Positions 26,220 through 39,820 of a DNA stretch of 64,000 nucleotides are shown in pieces. A program made the position numbers and the translations under genes. Under the pieces are notes generated by a model. That model made no database searches. It was not told where the DNA came from and saw only the letters and a program-made list of their open reading frames with translations. The stretch covers positions 96,410,001 to 96,474,000 of the forward strand of contig OX597814.1 of assembly GCA_951406725.2 (NCBI GenBank), written 5' to 3'. Numbering within the stretch: the first letter of the stretch is position 1; each line of letters starts with the position of its first letter. This DNA comes from Octopus vulgaris. Its lineage: Eukaryota.

Positions 26220-28620
26220 ATTTAACTTTTATTCTTTAATTTTTTAAAGAAATTCAAAAAGGATTTGAACAGGAGTGTTGAATAGTGAACCACACAGGGT
26301 ACTGAAATAATTCTTATAACGTTTGGAGACCGAGTGATCCCCAAGAAAAACTCATATATCCAAATACTGGAACTGCAATACGTGCACCGATAAAGAAATG
26401 ATAGTAAGATCTGCGATTTAACCAGGCTTATATGATGATATATCATCATATCCTTGGGAATTCTGAACACTTGTATTAGACCTCAAAATAAACAATGTTT
26501 TTGGTTTTATCAGTAGTGATATATAAAGAGATTAAGCAAACTTCCTCGTGAGCATCGCTCATAAAAACTGGACAGTAATAATGCAATCCAGCAACTGTTT
26601 GTTTTTTGGCAAATCGTGTGTTACTAGAAACAGAATTGATTTTAAGTTGAAATGGCACGTCTGGTTAGAGAGGAATTCGGAATAAAATTGAACACGTTCC
26701 TTTGGAGTCTCCAGCAATAATATTAGCCTCAATGGCATGTGGTATAAACTTTTCAGCTGTTTTTTTTTTTGTTTTTGCACTATTTCATAGCCTCGAGTAA
26801 TATTATTGCGAAATCTTTTCTTTAGCTGAAGACTGTGTGGAGATATGCCTAAAAGTTGAAAATTTAAAAACATTTCTTTAGTTTAATGAATTCCTTCATT
26901 CTTGTTCGTGACAATTTTTAGTGATTTCTAAGTATGACTATTGTCTAGAAGTTCCTGTCACAGCTGCCAGTTGATGTCCTGGATCGTACCAATATTGGAT
27001 GCTCTCTTGCACAGCCTCTTAAGCTTCTTATGTATTAGGTAACGTTATTACAGATTAGGGAACACTTTATATATCAATTCATCTGCTGTCTTACCCAGTG
27101 AGCTAGTGACTGATAGGAACCAGGTCAAATCTCCTCCCAGCAACTTATAGCAATGTTTTAGTAAACTGAGCAGACGATCACTAGAAAGATGGAACCTAAG
27201 GGTGTAAACAATTTGAAAATTTTAAACTTTGGTCTAGAGCGGTGATAAGGATTTAAGACAAACACGGATTTTGTAAACTTATCTGGTTTCAGAATTCTCT
27301 ACAAAGCAGCAGACAGGTGCAGTATTTTTATCTAAGTTCAAGGGTAGTTTGAAAGTATACTGTTCTACAGGCTCTTTAAGGAAATGTGATGGAGGAACAA
27401 CAACAATAGCTATGCTTTTATGTTAACGATCTTTGGCAAGCAATAGACTGATCAGAAATGCTCTTTCTAGTTTCATCAGGAGCACCAAGGTATCACATTT
27501 TAGCATCTTGTCACCGAACACTTTCAAAAACAGAAAACTAGACTGCCCTGTCCTCTTTGATGAGTTTGTGTTCATTGCATTGATACATTACCACAATATA
27601 TAATTTTTCTTTGAATAACGGGAGGTCATATTTTCTGAAGTTCTCGAATATATATATTCTTGAGCTTGTTTTTGATATAGTTGAAGGCCGCATTGTGGAA
27701 TTTATCTGTGTACTCATCCATACCGGGTGAATCTGTTCTTCATTCTTAAAATATTTAGAAATGTCATCACAACAATTGACACAAAGTTGAAACGGATAGG
27801 ATGGTTCACAGCATTTTAAGAACATGGTGAAAAAATCTAAGACTCTTGGCTATTTGAAATATAGAAGCTTCTAATAACGTTGCATCCCACAGGACATAAT
27901 TCTCCAGCAATCCGAGTCTAAAGCATGTCTCTATATATAGTACAGATTCCACTATTGACTGTTCGGAGATCTTGAAATGTATTGGGGCTTCACACTTCAT
28001 GGAGCCATTGTAAAAAGAATAATTCAGCTTGATTTGGGGAGTACAGCATACACTCCCAATTGCACTGTATGTATCAGAGTCTACTAGTAAGAGCTGATTG
28101 GAGAAGATAAAGCTAACCAAACTCTGATTTATTCACATTATTTCTGATTGCATCTAATAAATTTATATATGTCTTCTTTCAGCTCTTTTAAGTTCTAATA
28201 TAGCTAGCTCATTCCAACTGCATCATAGCAAACATGTCTATTGTATACTACGGAATGAGTGTTGGATGTAGTTAGCTGGATGAATTGTCTTATAGCATGA
28301 AGTGAATAGCTTTAGAAGTCCGTGAATGAGAATGATTTTGAAGAAGTTTCATCCAGACTGTGGTGTTCCAAAGGGATATTCAGTTTTCTTATTTACAAGA
28401 CGGAGAACATACTGCAGAGAATAAAACAAGCGAACTTCCTTATTTTTGACAGTATTTTTTTAATATTCATCAGAATAATGTCCCTTTTGCCCTGTGATTC
28501 TCCAATCATGTTGGCAGTAACGTCATTGCATTCAAGTACATTAAGACGGCGTGCATATTCTCCAGAGGGCCTATTTTTTCATGAAAGGCAATATGAAATT
28601 CTAAGGGACTCAAACTGATA
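26220..28620 (-). mobile_element. Degenerate Helitron Rep-helicase coding remnant
   Basis: In order on minus: RPSGEYARRLNV..KRDIIL, CFRLGLLENYVLWDATLLEASIFQ, TFKLPLNLD, DRLLSLLK..LLGGD, then a PIF1 C-terminal-like segment; many stops. Confidence 0.8.
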
Positions 28621-29194
28621 CATACTTGAAAATTCTGACAAAGTTGTTCTTCATATGGACCGTCTCTTCGTATTTTCCTTGCTCTTCTTTCTATTCGTCC
28701 AGTTCTTTTTTTTTCATGCTCTTTCTTTTTGTTTCCAACTTCAAGCTTTTTTTCCCCCTTGAATTAATCACAGCATTCATAGTTACAAACATTTTTGTTT
28801 CTCTATTTTACCTAGCAATTGCATGTATAATTAAATTTTCTCTGAAGCTTAAAATTGCACGGTGTTACAAACCGTTAATAAAATGAAAAACTACATTTGG
28901 TCGTGACTATAATTTGGATTCACATCTACTAAACATGACTAAACCTTTTAATTAAAATCGATTAAAAAAAAGGAATGATAAACAGTAAAAAGCAGAAGCA
29001 AGCGAGAGGAAGTAAATGATGATGAAGTATATGTAGAGAGAGAGAGAGAGAGAGAGAGAGGGTGGGACAGAGAGAGACACACACATTCACACGCATACAG
29101 ACGCACGCGCGCGCAAAGACGCACGCACACACAGGCACACACACACACACACTCATTATTTACAGATGTGTGTGTGCGTGTGCGGGCACCAATA

Positions 29195-29672
<478 letters not shown>

Positions 29673-29719
29673 AATGTCTGTATGTATATATACATTCATA
29701 CATATACATATGTGTGTGT

Positions 29720-30664
29720 GTGTTTCCTTGGGGCTGGCCATATTGGAGCAATCTCAAGTGTAACCAACCGAAATTGCGAAGATAATCTGGAACTCGACTG
29801 AGGATAGAAAACTCCGAATGACCCGTCCTTGTTTTCTTCGTTTCGTCTGTCTGGATGTTTTGTTGACCCCTTTTTGTATCACCTAATTGTCTGGATGTTT
29901 TGCGTTCTTGTCCCATTTTTGTATTTTTTATATATAAAAAAGATATAGTGGCGTACGTACACTTTGGTCCCTTATATGCAAGTATATATTTATCTATTTA
30001 GCTATATATTGATCTAAATTTTGTAAGACTCTATTCTTTCTATTCTTTCATTCTTTCCTTCTTTCTATCAGCCCTTTCACGCTTACTTCGTTCATTCCAC
30101 TCTTCCTTCTTTCGTTCCCCTCTCTCACAGTTTCTGGCCTTCTCCTCATGGTCACTTTCCCTCTTCTTTTCACATTACTGTGGCTCTGTCATTTTTTCTC
30201 GCCCCTCCTTAATTCTTCTATCCCTCTGCTTCTACTTCTCTCTCTCTCTTCTCTTCCCACGTGACCGATGTTCGGCCAAGCCTGGCCTTTCTTTCTTGAT
30301 TGGATTACCATCTGTGCAACATCTATTTTCCTCCCTGTGCCTGTCAAATCTTATGTACTTGCCGTAAGGCTTTACTTCTACATACGCCAGCTTAATTTCA
30401 TTAGTCCTTAATCGAAAGATACCTGTTGTTATGTCCTGTTATTTGTATTTGTGTAACATTCTCCGTTTTTCCGTCCTTGTTTTCGTGTATATTCGCTGCT
30501 TTCTTCCAAGGAATCTAATGCTCTTAGTTTGTCCTTGGGGCTGGCCAGATTGGAGCAATCTCGAGCATAACCAGCCGAAATTGCAAAGATAATCTGGAAC
30601 TCGACTGAGGATAGAAAACTCCGAATGACCCGTCCTTGTTTTCTGCGTCCTTGTCCCATTTTTG

Positions 30665-30712
<48 letters not shown>

Positions 30713-30870
30713 CTCAAATTTACAGAAAACAAAGACGAAGACAGGAGACAGGTGTAGAAACAACAAGAAGGTGTATTAGTTTAAGGCTCGGATAAAATTG
30801 AAAAGTTTTTTATGTTTCGAGCCTACGCTTTTCGACAGAAAGTATTAAGAGAAAAAAATGGAGAGAGGCT
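29720..30870. repeat. Two direct copies (29720-29930, 30525-30670) of a dispersed repeat, plus a Penelope-terminal-like segment at 30700-30870
   Basis: CCTTGGGGCTGGCCA.ATTGGAGCAATCTC...GGAACTCGACTGAGGATAGAAAACTCCGAATGACCCGTCC occurs twice. Confidence 0.8.
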
Positions 30871-31604
30871 GAAAACAACGGAAAGAGAGAAATCATGCAG
30901 AGTTCAACGGTCCAACATGGTGAGATGACTGGAAAAAATGAGGTTGAATGAAAGGGAGGTAATAATAATAACGTTAATGATGACCCTCAGACAACTAAGG
31001 TGCGCAAGCGCGCGTGTGTATGTGAGAATGGTGTGTATGAGTTTGTATGTGTGAATGGGGACGAGAGAGTCTAACATGTATGTGTATGTGTAGTGTGTAG
31101 CAGTTGATGTGTGCTTGTTCAGGTGCTGTATGCACGTGTGTGTGTATATATACATGTGTGTACATCTCTCTCTTTTTCTCTGTTTATATATATATATATA
31201 TGTATGCAAATGTGTGTGTGTCTGTATGTGTGTGTGTGTTTTAATGAAAAAAAGGTTTATTTACACCCAAGTAGCAATGTAATAAAATTTGTTTGAATAT
31301 GCACCTGGGTCTTAGAAAATTACTAGTGCTTTTTTTTTAATTTTCAAAATTTATTAAAACACCGTATCAGTTTCAATAATTTTTTGTTTTTCAGTAGTAA
31401 ATAAAAAAATAAGCTGGGAATTTAAAAGAAAGAGAATACACAAGAGGGAGTTTCATAGCAATAAAACAAGCTCAAAAGCAAATGTACAATACGTTTCAGA
31501 GCAAAATTACATGATGAAAATTGAAGTGTTTAATAAGTTTCACAGCAATAAGAAATGGCGAATGTTCAAATGTTTGCTAAATTTCATAGCAAAAATACAT
31601 GTGA

Positions 31605-31930
31605 AAGCGCATGGCTCAGTTGTTAGAGCGTCGAGCTTACGATCGCGAGTTTATGAGTTCGAATCCCGGATCGGGCTACGTCTTGTGTTCTTGAGCAAGA
31701 CACTTTTTTATGTTGCTCCAGTTCATTCAACTGTAGAAATGAGTTGCGACGTCACAGGTGCCAAGCTGTATCGACCTTTGCCTTTCCCTTGGATAACATC
31801 GGTGGCGTGGAGGAGGGAGGCTGGTATGCATGGGCGACTGCTAGTCTTCCATAAACAACCTTGCCCGGACTTGTGCCTGGGTGGGTAACTTTCTAGGTGC
31901 AATCCTATGGTCAGTCATGAAGGGGGCCTC
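31605..31930 (+). mobile_element. tRNA-derived SINE, family C, with a CORE-like central region
   Basis: A box TGGCTCAGTTG, B box GAGTTCGAATCCC, then GTGTTCTTGAGCAAGACAC...TTGCTCCAG. Confidence 0.8.
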
Positions 31931-32066
31931 ATTACATGACGGAAATTTGAAAGTTTCAATAAGTTGCGTAAAAATAAACTATGTTAGCAATTGGGTTGGA
32001 TGTGGTGCTGATGAAAAAGCAATAACTCTTGAAATATGCATATACACTCATTATTTATTTTTAAGA

Positions 32067-32255
32067 AGGCGGTGAGCTGGCAGAATCGTTAGCACATGAG
32101 GCAATATTCTTAGCGGCATTAGGCCCGTCTTTACGTACTGCGTTCGAATTCCACCGAGGCCGATTTTACCTTTCATCTCTTTCGGTGTCGATAAAATAAG
32201 TACCAATTGAGCACTTCTCCTCCCCTCAAATTTGCTGGCTTTGTGCCAAAAATTA
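32067..32255 (+). mobile_element. SINE family A
   Basis: AAGGCGGTGAGCTGGCAGAATCGTTAGCAC...GTTCGAATTCC. Confidence 0.85.
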
Positions 32256-32396
32256 ATAAATTATGTAAAGAATTGGACATGGTGAAGACTTAAAATATGA
32301 GAAAAATGTTTTACAATCATTGTCGTGCTGTGTGCGACAGAAGTGTCAGTCAATTGCTTTACTCGTTCGAATGTGGAACTTGAAGTAATTTTGAAG

Positions 32397-32508
<112 letters not shown>

Positions 32509-33097
32509 AAGACAGGCTCAAGTACTGATTAGCTACTTGCTTAACGATGTCGCTTATTTTTATACACCTGTGGCCTAACGTTCTTGCCACTTATCGTTCG
32601 ACAATTGTCCAGATTTCCTATTTGTTGGCTGTCTGGGGACGTTAGTTATTTATCATCCATTCTGGTCACTTGTTATTGTTTGACAGTAATGTAGCTTCCC
32701 GGTTGGCTGACCCATTTAATGTACATTTGTTTAGGTCGCCTGAATGCTTAATAGCACAACATTTTTCCTTCTGAGTCCTATTTTAACCATAAACAAGCCA
32801 ATTGATCAATCCTAGAGTGGTGTCAGCAAACAGCGTTGAAAATATAATTAAATAGATGTTTGAAGTTAGGGTTTCGCATCCTGGAGGCTTCCCGTTTCTA
32901 TAACTTTAGATCTACTTTTATTATTTTTGTTGTTTTAGTTGTTTTCACATTCTGCTTTTTTTTCATAAAGTATTTAGACTTGGTTCATATTACTTATTAA
33001 ATGTATTTTCCGTATTTAATCGGAATTAAACTGCGGTGTTCTTGATAAAATGATAAAAGGGAAAATTTTGATACGTGGGATGTTTGATTGTCAGATG

Positions 33098-33515
33098 GGA
33101 TCTTTTCGGTTTGAACGGCAGTTTTTTCTAGCGGTGTCATATGAAATTGCCACCCATAATTATGACCCTAGTATCGATCTATTGTATTTCAATCTGTTTT
33201 AGGGTTAGGGTTAGGGGTGGGGGAAGGGTATCTGTTTTCTTCACAAATGTAAATAAACCCAATCTGTTTCTTAAACGAGGGACATATTCATACGGCACAG
33301 AATGTTTTTTTTTACCTCAATAGACGTATTTGATTGGTTGAAATTGCAGAAATTGAAGAAAAAAGACAACAAATATCTTACAAACTATAGAATTTTCTCA
33401 ATAAAGCCAAGAGAAAAAGATGTTTTATAAACACATTCTACCAGTATACGAAGTTTAAAATTTTTTAGTTACCTAGAAATTATGTTAAAAACTGCCGTTC
33501 AAACCGAAAAGATCC
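33098..33515 (+). mobile_element. MITE, 418 bp, 28-bp TIRs, about 9-bp TSD (Mutator-like); strand arbitrary
   Basis: TIR GGATCTTTTCGGTTTGAACGGCAGTTTT; flanks tgtcagatg / ttcagatg; second copy at 45905-46316. Confidence 0.92.
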
Positions 33516-34150
33516 TTCAGATGTTTGTCAATGGGTATTTTCTGGTACAGGGATCTTGTATCTGTTCACAATGGACCGTCATTCTGTGTATCATAGTTAA
33601 TTCTGATTAAACCATGATGTCTTCATTACACGCATTGCATTTGATAACATAAATCAGAATTTTTGATGCACAAATAAAGTTATATATAGTAAATGTATGA
33701 CCTTCATATGCCGAGCTCTCTATGAGGTTGATGCAGATTCTTCTATTAGAGCGGTTCCATTGGGGCTGTATTTTTGGTGTGTTATTTCATATTGGTAATT
33801 TTAAAAAAGACTTTGGTTGCTTTTTATACTTTTACTATTTGAGTGTGTGTGTATGAGTGTGTGTTTCGAGTGCCCTTTTTCATTTGTGAGCCGTTCATCA
33901 AACTAGGAATGTTCTGATGCCTGTTGCATGATTCAATGTTTTTTAGATTGTGTGTTGATATGTGAAATAAACTATTCAATGTATCAGGTTGTTAATTTCT
34001 TTTCGTAATTCTTGAATTTCTATTGTTTCTGCATATTCTACTCCGTTATTGCTTAAAATAACTGGATATTGTCTCTCGAATAAAATACTTTAAAATGTTT
34101 ATAGTCATTTCTTCCGGGTTTTTGGATGGGATACAATTGTACAGATTCTG
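33516..34150 (-). mobile_element. Penelope-like element remnant (RT thumb to GIY-YIG endonuclease), interrupted by the MITE
   Basis: LKYFIRETISSYLSNNGVEYAETIEIQELRK and KILIYVIKCNACNED..MIHRMTVHCEQIQDP. Confidence 0.65.
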
Positions 34151-35022
34151 CTTTCTGGATTATTGTGGTTATGTACAGACAGAGGAACCAAGGGAAATGG
34201 CTAGCCCGGGCAGTTCAGGTCTGGGGCATAAACAAGTAAATACGAATAAGAAAAGGTGGTATGTAGTAACACATGTAAAAGCACCGCCATAGAGCGAAAA
34301 AAAAAACGGAGTTTAAAGGCGCCATAAGGATTAAATTACCAGCTGAACGTTACCCGGAACACATGAATGGAGTGGTGATTGACAAGGAAAGGTTGAAGAA
34401 CTATTTGAAGGTGATGTGAACCCTTTGGGGGAAGAAACTGAATTTGAAGAACTATCAAAAGTAGTAACATACGAGGAGTTAATACCTCTAATGAATGGTA
34501 ATAAAGGAGTACATTAAAGGAAAAAAAAGGAAAGAAAAAAGAAAAAGACTTTTTAACAAAGGAGAAAAAGAAAAGAAAAAGGAAATAAATTTAAATTTAA
34601 AAAAAAAACGGTGAAAAAGATGAAAAAAGAAAAAAGAAAACTTTCATAACTTATATAAATTAACAGTAAAACGGTACTGCTTGAGAAGTGGGATTCAATG
34701 CAGCCATTTCATTATTATCATATCATTATACATTTGTTTTCATTTTCATTCGTTTTATGTTTTATATCCCCACAGTAGTGTTTTGTCTGTTCTTATGCTG
34801 TCCCCTCTATGTTATGGCATGGGCGCCAAATAAAGAAACGCAGAAGCAAGACAGCTGCGGCATAAGTCACGTCTTCTTATTTGAACATTTTGAAAATCAG
34901 TATAAACTGTGAAACCGCTTAAAGCTTTAAATATATTATTAAAAAACATTTTAACTATTCTCAGTGCATTCTCAACTTCTGTTTTTCCTATATTTCTACC
35001 CGTGTGGAATAAAATAACTTTG

Positions 35023-35066
<44 letters not shown>

Positions 35067-35193
35067 ATACTAAGTAATTAAGGGTTTAGCAACGATTTGC
35101 CTCACCACACACCGAATTTAGAAATAGCAGTCAAAAGAGTTTTGGCTATTCTTTCTACTTAAAAGGGAGATCCCAGTAAAACCATAGCACTTA

Positions 35194-35244
<51 letters not shown>

Positions 35245-35371
35245 ATACTCGCTAAAGAGGCCTTAAGGCAACAGGTTTTGGGATCTGATGATACGTCATA
35301 AAGCTAAGCACTTTATGAACGTAAAACCTAAAGTAATCCCATAAACCGGCCTTATCTAACTTTAATATATA

Positions 35372-37218
35372 CTAGACTACCCGTGACCCGTTGGGTCACC
35401 AATATTTCAATGGTATCTTACTTACGAAACATTTTCCCCATTTGCCGGTTTGGCTATTTGTAATAGTACTCGAAAAAACTGTGCACCTCGGTAGCCCGTG
35501 GTTCGATTTACGCAAAACTTATTCCATTTGTATTCGCACGAGCATCCGATTCATGATGTTGCCTGCTTTTGTCGCTTTCCCTTCGTTTCGCCAGACGCTC
35601 AGCTCTCCGAGCGTCCGATTCCTGATTGCTCCTGCTTCTGTCTCTTTCCCCCTCTTCCACCAGACGCTCAAGCCTTGCTTTATCAGTTTCATCGGGTACT
35701 TTATCGCAAATAGCTGTTATGTGGTAGCAGAGTGTGCTAGAAATAGCAGCTAAATCTTTAGAGGGGAGATACGTTGAATGCACTCGAAATAAACTTATGG
35801 AAAAAATATTTCACACGAAGGTTACGAATGCATCTTTTACGAAATATTTACCCTATTTCGAAAGTCATTTTCACTTTAAAATATTTTTAAAATATGCCAA
35901 AAGTTTTTTGTTATGATATTCACATGAAAATATATATTTTTTAAATCATTAAAATATTGTCTGTTTAAAGAAAGCTAGAATATAAATTCTTATTGTACAA
36001 ACAACTTACATTTTTGAAATCACATTCACCTAATGATATTTCTAAGTGATTAGAATATTGTTTTTAACAAAAGCGAAAATAGAAACATTTACTGTAAAAA
36101 AAAATCGTATATTTTTTCGTTGGTAAGTTAAAGTCACTAATGTGTCTAATCGAAAGGTTAGAGTTTCTTTCCTTTCAGGGTTAAGTTATTTTCGGAATAT
36201 TTTCCCATTATGCACCGTTTTCGGTCTTTATAATACCGTTTCGCTGACGACATCGTGCTCATCGCTGAAAACACGGATCAGCTTCAGACCATGCTGACGG
36301 AGCTCGACATCAAAAGCTCTGCAGTAGGTCTCAAGATGAACCGCATGAAAACAAAGTTCGTGCAGTCAGGCAACGTACCAACAGGTCGAATGGTGATCGG
36401 CAGTGATGAAATAGAGGAGGTAAGGGAATATGTCTACCTGTGGCAGGAAGTGAATATGTGCCGAGATATCGAAAAGGAGATCTCACGGAGAGTAAGGGCC
36501 GGATGAAAGGCGTTTAATGGCATAAGGGATGTGCTCAAGGGAAGGTTGGACTGGACCACCCGCGCCAACCTCATTAACAGTGCAGTTCTGCCTGCAATGT
36601 TATATGGCAGTGAAACATGGGCTACCACAAAGAGAGAAGAGCAAAGACTGGTAACGGCTCAAAGAGCCATGGAAAGGTTAATGCTTGGTATCTCGTTGAG
36701 AGAGCACATCAGTAGCGAGATCATCAGAAAGAAGTCCGGCGTGAGAGATGTCATCGCAGAGTATACACGCAGCAAGTATAGATGGGCTGGACACGTCGCC
36801 CGGCTCACCGATAATCGGTGGGCCCACGCATTTGTCGAGTGGTACCCGCGCGAGCGGAAAAGACTACCCGGAAGACCTCCACGACTGTGGAGTTACGATT
36901 TCAGGAGGACGATTGGGTCACATGGATGAGAAAGGCGCGATCCAGGGAGGAGTGGACAGCGTGCTGTGACCAGCGCTGTCAAATGGACGCCTGACGGACT
37001 TGTCGGTCAAGGTGATATCAAGGTCAAGGTCAAGGTGATAATACCAAAACACCCAATATCTCAAGAACCGTTGGTCCAACTTACACGAAACTTGTTTTAT
37101 TCTGTTTGTATTCTCATTTCAGGGGCACTTTACTTTCAAAATATTTTCCCATTATACGCCAGTTTGGCTGTGTAACATTGCAAGCAAGTAAGCAAGATTG
37201 AAGTTCATTTTTGATAGA
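35372..37218 (-). mobile_element. Non-autonomous Helitron with a RepHel N-terminal fragment, interrupted by an RTE LINE
   Basis: The 3' hairpin GTGACCCAACGGGTCAC is followed by CTAG at 35372. A TCTATC-type 5' end lies near 37218. ORF 35508-35783 is an R/E-rich low-complexity segment typical of RepHel N-termini. Confidence 0.7.
36238..37037 (+). mobile_element. 5'-truncated RTE-1-type LINE, young, 8-bp TSD
   Basis: FADDIVL, VLPAMLYGSETW, RWAGHVARL, GRPPRLW; one stop (RAG*KAF); (CAAGGT)n tail; TSD ATAATACC at 36230-36237 and 37038-37045. Confidence 0.95.
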
Positions 37219-37409
37219 ATATATATATATATACAATTTTGTGCACATTTATTTGTTTTTTGATATGGAAAATGCATTGTAATTATGATTAAAAAGATTA
37301 AAATTAGAACATGCTCTTTTCTAGCTATTTAGAAGCTTCGATACACAGACACACATACACACACCTATGTATATATAAGTATATATATGTATGTATGTAA
37401 TTATGGGTG

Positions 37410-37469
<60 letters not shown>

Positions 37470-37623
37470 CATACATACATACATACATACATACATACAT
37501 ACATACATACATACATACGAGTTTATGTCACCGTAAGTTGGCGGTTCGGCAAAAGAAACCGATAGAATAAGTAGGCTTACGAAGAATAGATCCTGAGGTC
37601 GATTTTCTCGGTAGGTTTCCATA

Positions 37624-37830
37624 TATTATATCATACCTTGATACTGTCTGGACTGGGTTCTTCGTTGTTAGGACTCTGATAAAGAGTTAAACACTATTGT
37701 TTGCAACTGTAGCTACTAGATTTCAAGTTTATATAAACTAACTGGTTTCTTCTTTCTCCAGAGTTAGTCAAGTGATGAGACCACTTTAAGGGTCGAAACT
37801 GGATTAATGCTGTTCATCTTTTTTGTAGAA
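37624..37830 (+). repeat. Diverged relative of the 305-bp hammerhead repeat
   Basis: Shares TATTATATCATACCTTGATACTGT.TGGACT with 39527-39557; carries GTGATGA-GACC..GGTC-GAAA at 37772-37798. Confidence 0.7.
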
Positions 37831-37879
37831 AAATAGGTAATTTGTCGTGTGTGCATGTCGAGTGCGTAGGTTTGTGTGT

Positions 37880-37934
<55 letters not shown>

Positions 37935-37936
37935 CT

Positions 37937-38101
37937 CAGGCGTGGCTGTTAGGTAAGAAGCTTGCTTCACAACCATATGGTTCCGGGTTCAGTCCCACGG
38001 CGTTGCACCCTAGGCAAGTGTCTTTTACTATAGTCACAGGCCGACCAAAACCTTGTGAGTGAACTTAGCAGACGAAAACTGAAAGGAGCCCGTCGCATAT
38101 A

Positions 38102-38160
<59 letters not shown>

Positions 38161-38455
38161 ATGCGTGTGTGTGTGTGTGAGTATCCGTGTGTCCGTGTTT
38201 GCGTGTGTGTGTGTCCGTGTGTCCGTGTTTGCGTGTGTGTGTGTGCATGCCTTTATGTCTGTGTTTGTCCCCAACTAGTGCTTGACAATCGGTGTTGGTG
38301 TGTTTACGTCTCCCTAAAGTTGGCGGTTCGGCAAAAGAACCCGATAGAATAGTACCAGCCTTAACAAACAATAAGTACTGGCTGTCAATTCAATCGACTA
38401 AAAATTCTTCAAGGTGTTGCCCCAGTAATGACTGAAACAAGTAAAAGATAAAAGA
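37937..38455 (+). mobile_element. tRNA-derived SINE, family D, with an internal microsatellite
   Basis: GGCGTGGCTG..GGTAAGAAGCTTGCTTC..GGGTTCAGTCCCA; 3' part GGCGGTTCGGCAAAAGA; other copies at 37515-37612, 42420-42660, 44495-44720, 44755-44900, 48035-48175, 50800-51200 and 51415-51565. Confidence 0.8.
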
Positions 38456-38459
38456 TATA

Positions 38460-38636
<177 letters not shown>

Positions 38637-39091
38637 AGATCAGGTTTACATATTATTTATTTCTGCTATATTTATAATTGCATTTATCTCAATAAATATA
38701 ATTATTTATATTTCACTGTATATCTAATAATTTTTTTATATGAACTTAGGTTACATTAATTCAATGCAGTATTAAAAAATAAAAGTTCGTTGCTTCTGGG
38801 ATAAAATAAATCAGAAACTTGTGTGCCAAATTTGCTGGAAAACCGAAAATATAAATAATCATGAAAATTTTTTGTATTTTTTTCTCATTGCAAATATCTA
38901 CTTCTCGTTAGCTTTTTAATGAGCTGAACTATGCGTTAAACATGTTAGCCTTCATATATCTAATATATTTAATTTATATTTAAAATAAATAGTAAAAGGA
39001 ACATGAACGCTTGAGATATACTTCACCTTCAAAATTATTGACAAATGTACTTCTAAAAAAGTCGATATATACGTAAATACATACATACATG

Positions 39092-39151
<60 letters not shown>

Positions 39152-39392
39152 GTTGTGATAATGAAGTCAAACCCAAATAGTGATATTTTGAAATTTAATA
39201 CGTATATATCAGGTTTGCGTAATGTATAATAGGAAATGCATCCATTATATAAACCTTCTTTAGTTAAAACATTTCAAAATATGAAGGAATTAATGGAAAT
39301 ATTTTGGAACTTATTGTTATAGCAGTAAGTCGGCTACTAAAGTTAGAAGGATGGACATGTATATAGAGCGGGAAAACATACATACATATGTC

Positions 39393-39462
39393 AAAATGAT
39401 GCGGACGTCTCTGATGAGAACCTAATAAGGTTCGAAAATCGATGAAGGTTGTTCATCCTTTT
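39393..39462 (+). ncRNA. Type I hammerhead motif, cleavage triplet mutated (UGA instead of UUA)
   Basis: CUGAUGA, stem II GAACC/GGUUC, GAAA, then AUCGAUGA; stem I AUGAUG..GACGUCU against AGGUUGUUCAUC. Confidence 0.6.
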
Positions 39463-39697
39463 TTACAGTCTGCGGAGAAATGGCTAAAATTTGCCCTGTT
39501 TGTAATTATACCATTTGTTACATACTTATTATATCATACCTTGATACTGTGTGGACTAAGATCCCCGTTGACAAGCCGCTGGTATTTATAGAGTGTTAAA
39601 CACTTTCGGTACGTAAATTAGGAACTCCTTCATAGAGTAACTGCTGCATTTGTTGAGTATAAAAACAGTTTGGCTGATTGTTTCTTTGGTGACTGTC

Positions 39698-39766
39698 AAA
39701 ATGATGTGACGCTTCTGATGAGAACACCATAGGGTTCGAAAATCAATTAAGGTCGTTCATCATTTT
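39698..39766 (+). ncRNA. Type I hammerhead ribozyme candidate, UUA cleavage site (cut after 39749)
   Basis: CUGAUGA 39715-21; stem II GAAC/GUUC; GAAA 39738-41; short stem III in AAUCAAUU; stem I CUU/AGG, GACG/CGUU and a perfect AAAAUGAUG/CAUCAUUUU. Confidence 0.75.
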
Positions 39767-39820
39767 CTTTTCAGTGTGCGGAGAAATGGCTAAAATTTGC
39801 CCTGTTTATCATTATACCAT

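Noticed and set aside
29797-29825. CTGAGGATAGAAAACTCCGAAT as a hammerhead (also about 30605)
   Set aside because: No stem II closes the core, GAAT replaces GAAA, and no NUH geometry is present.
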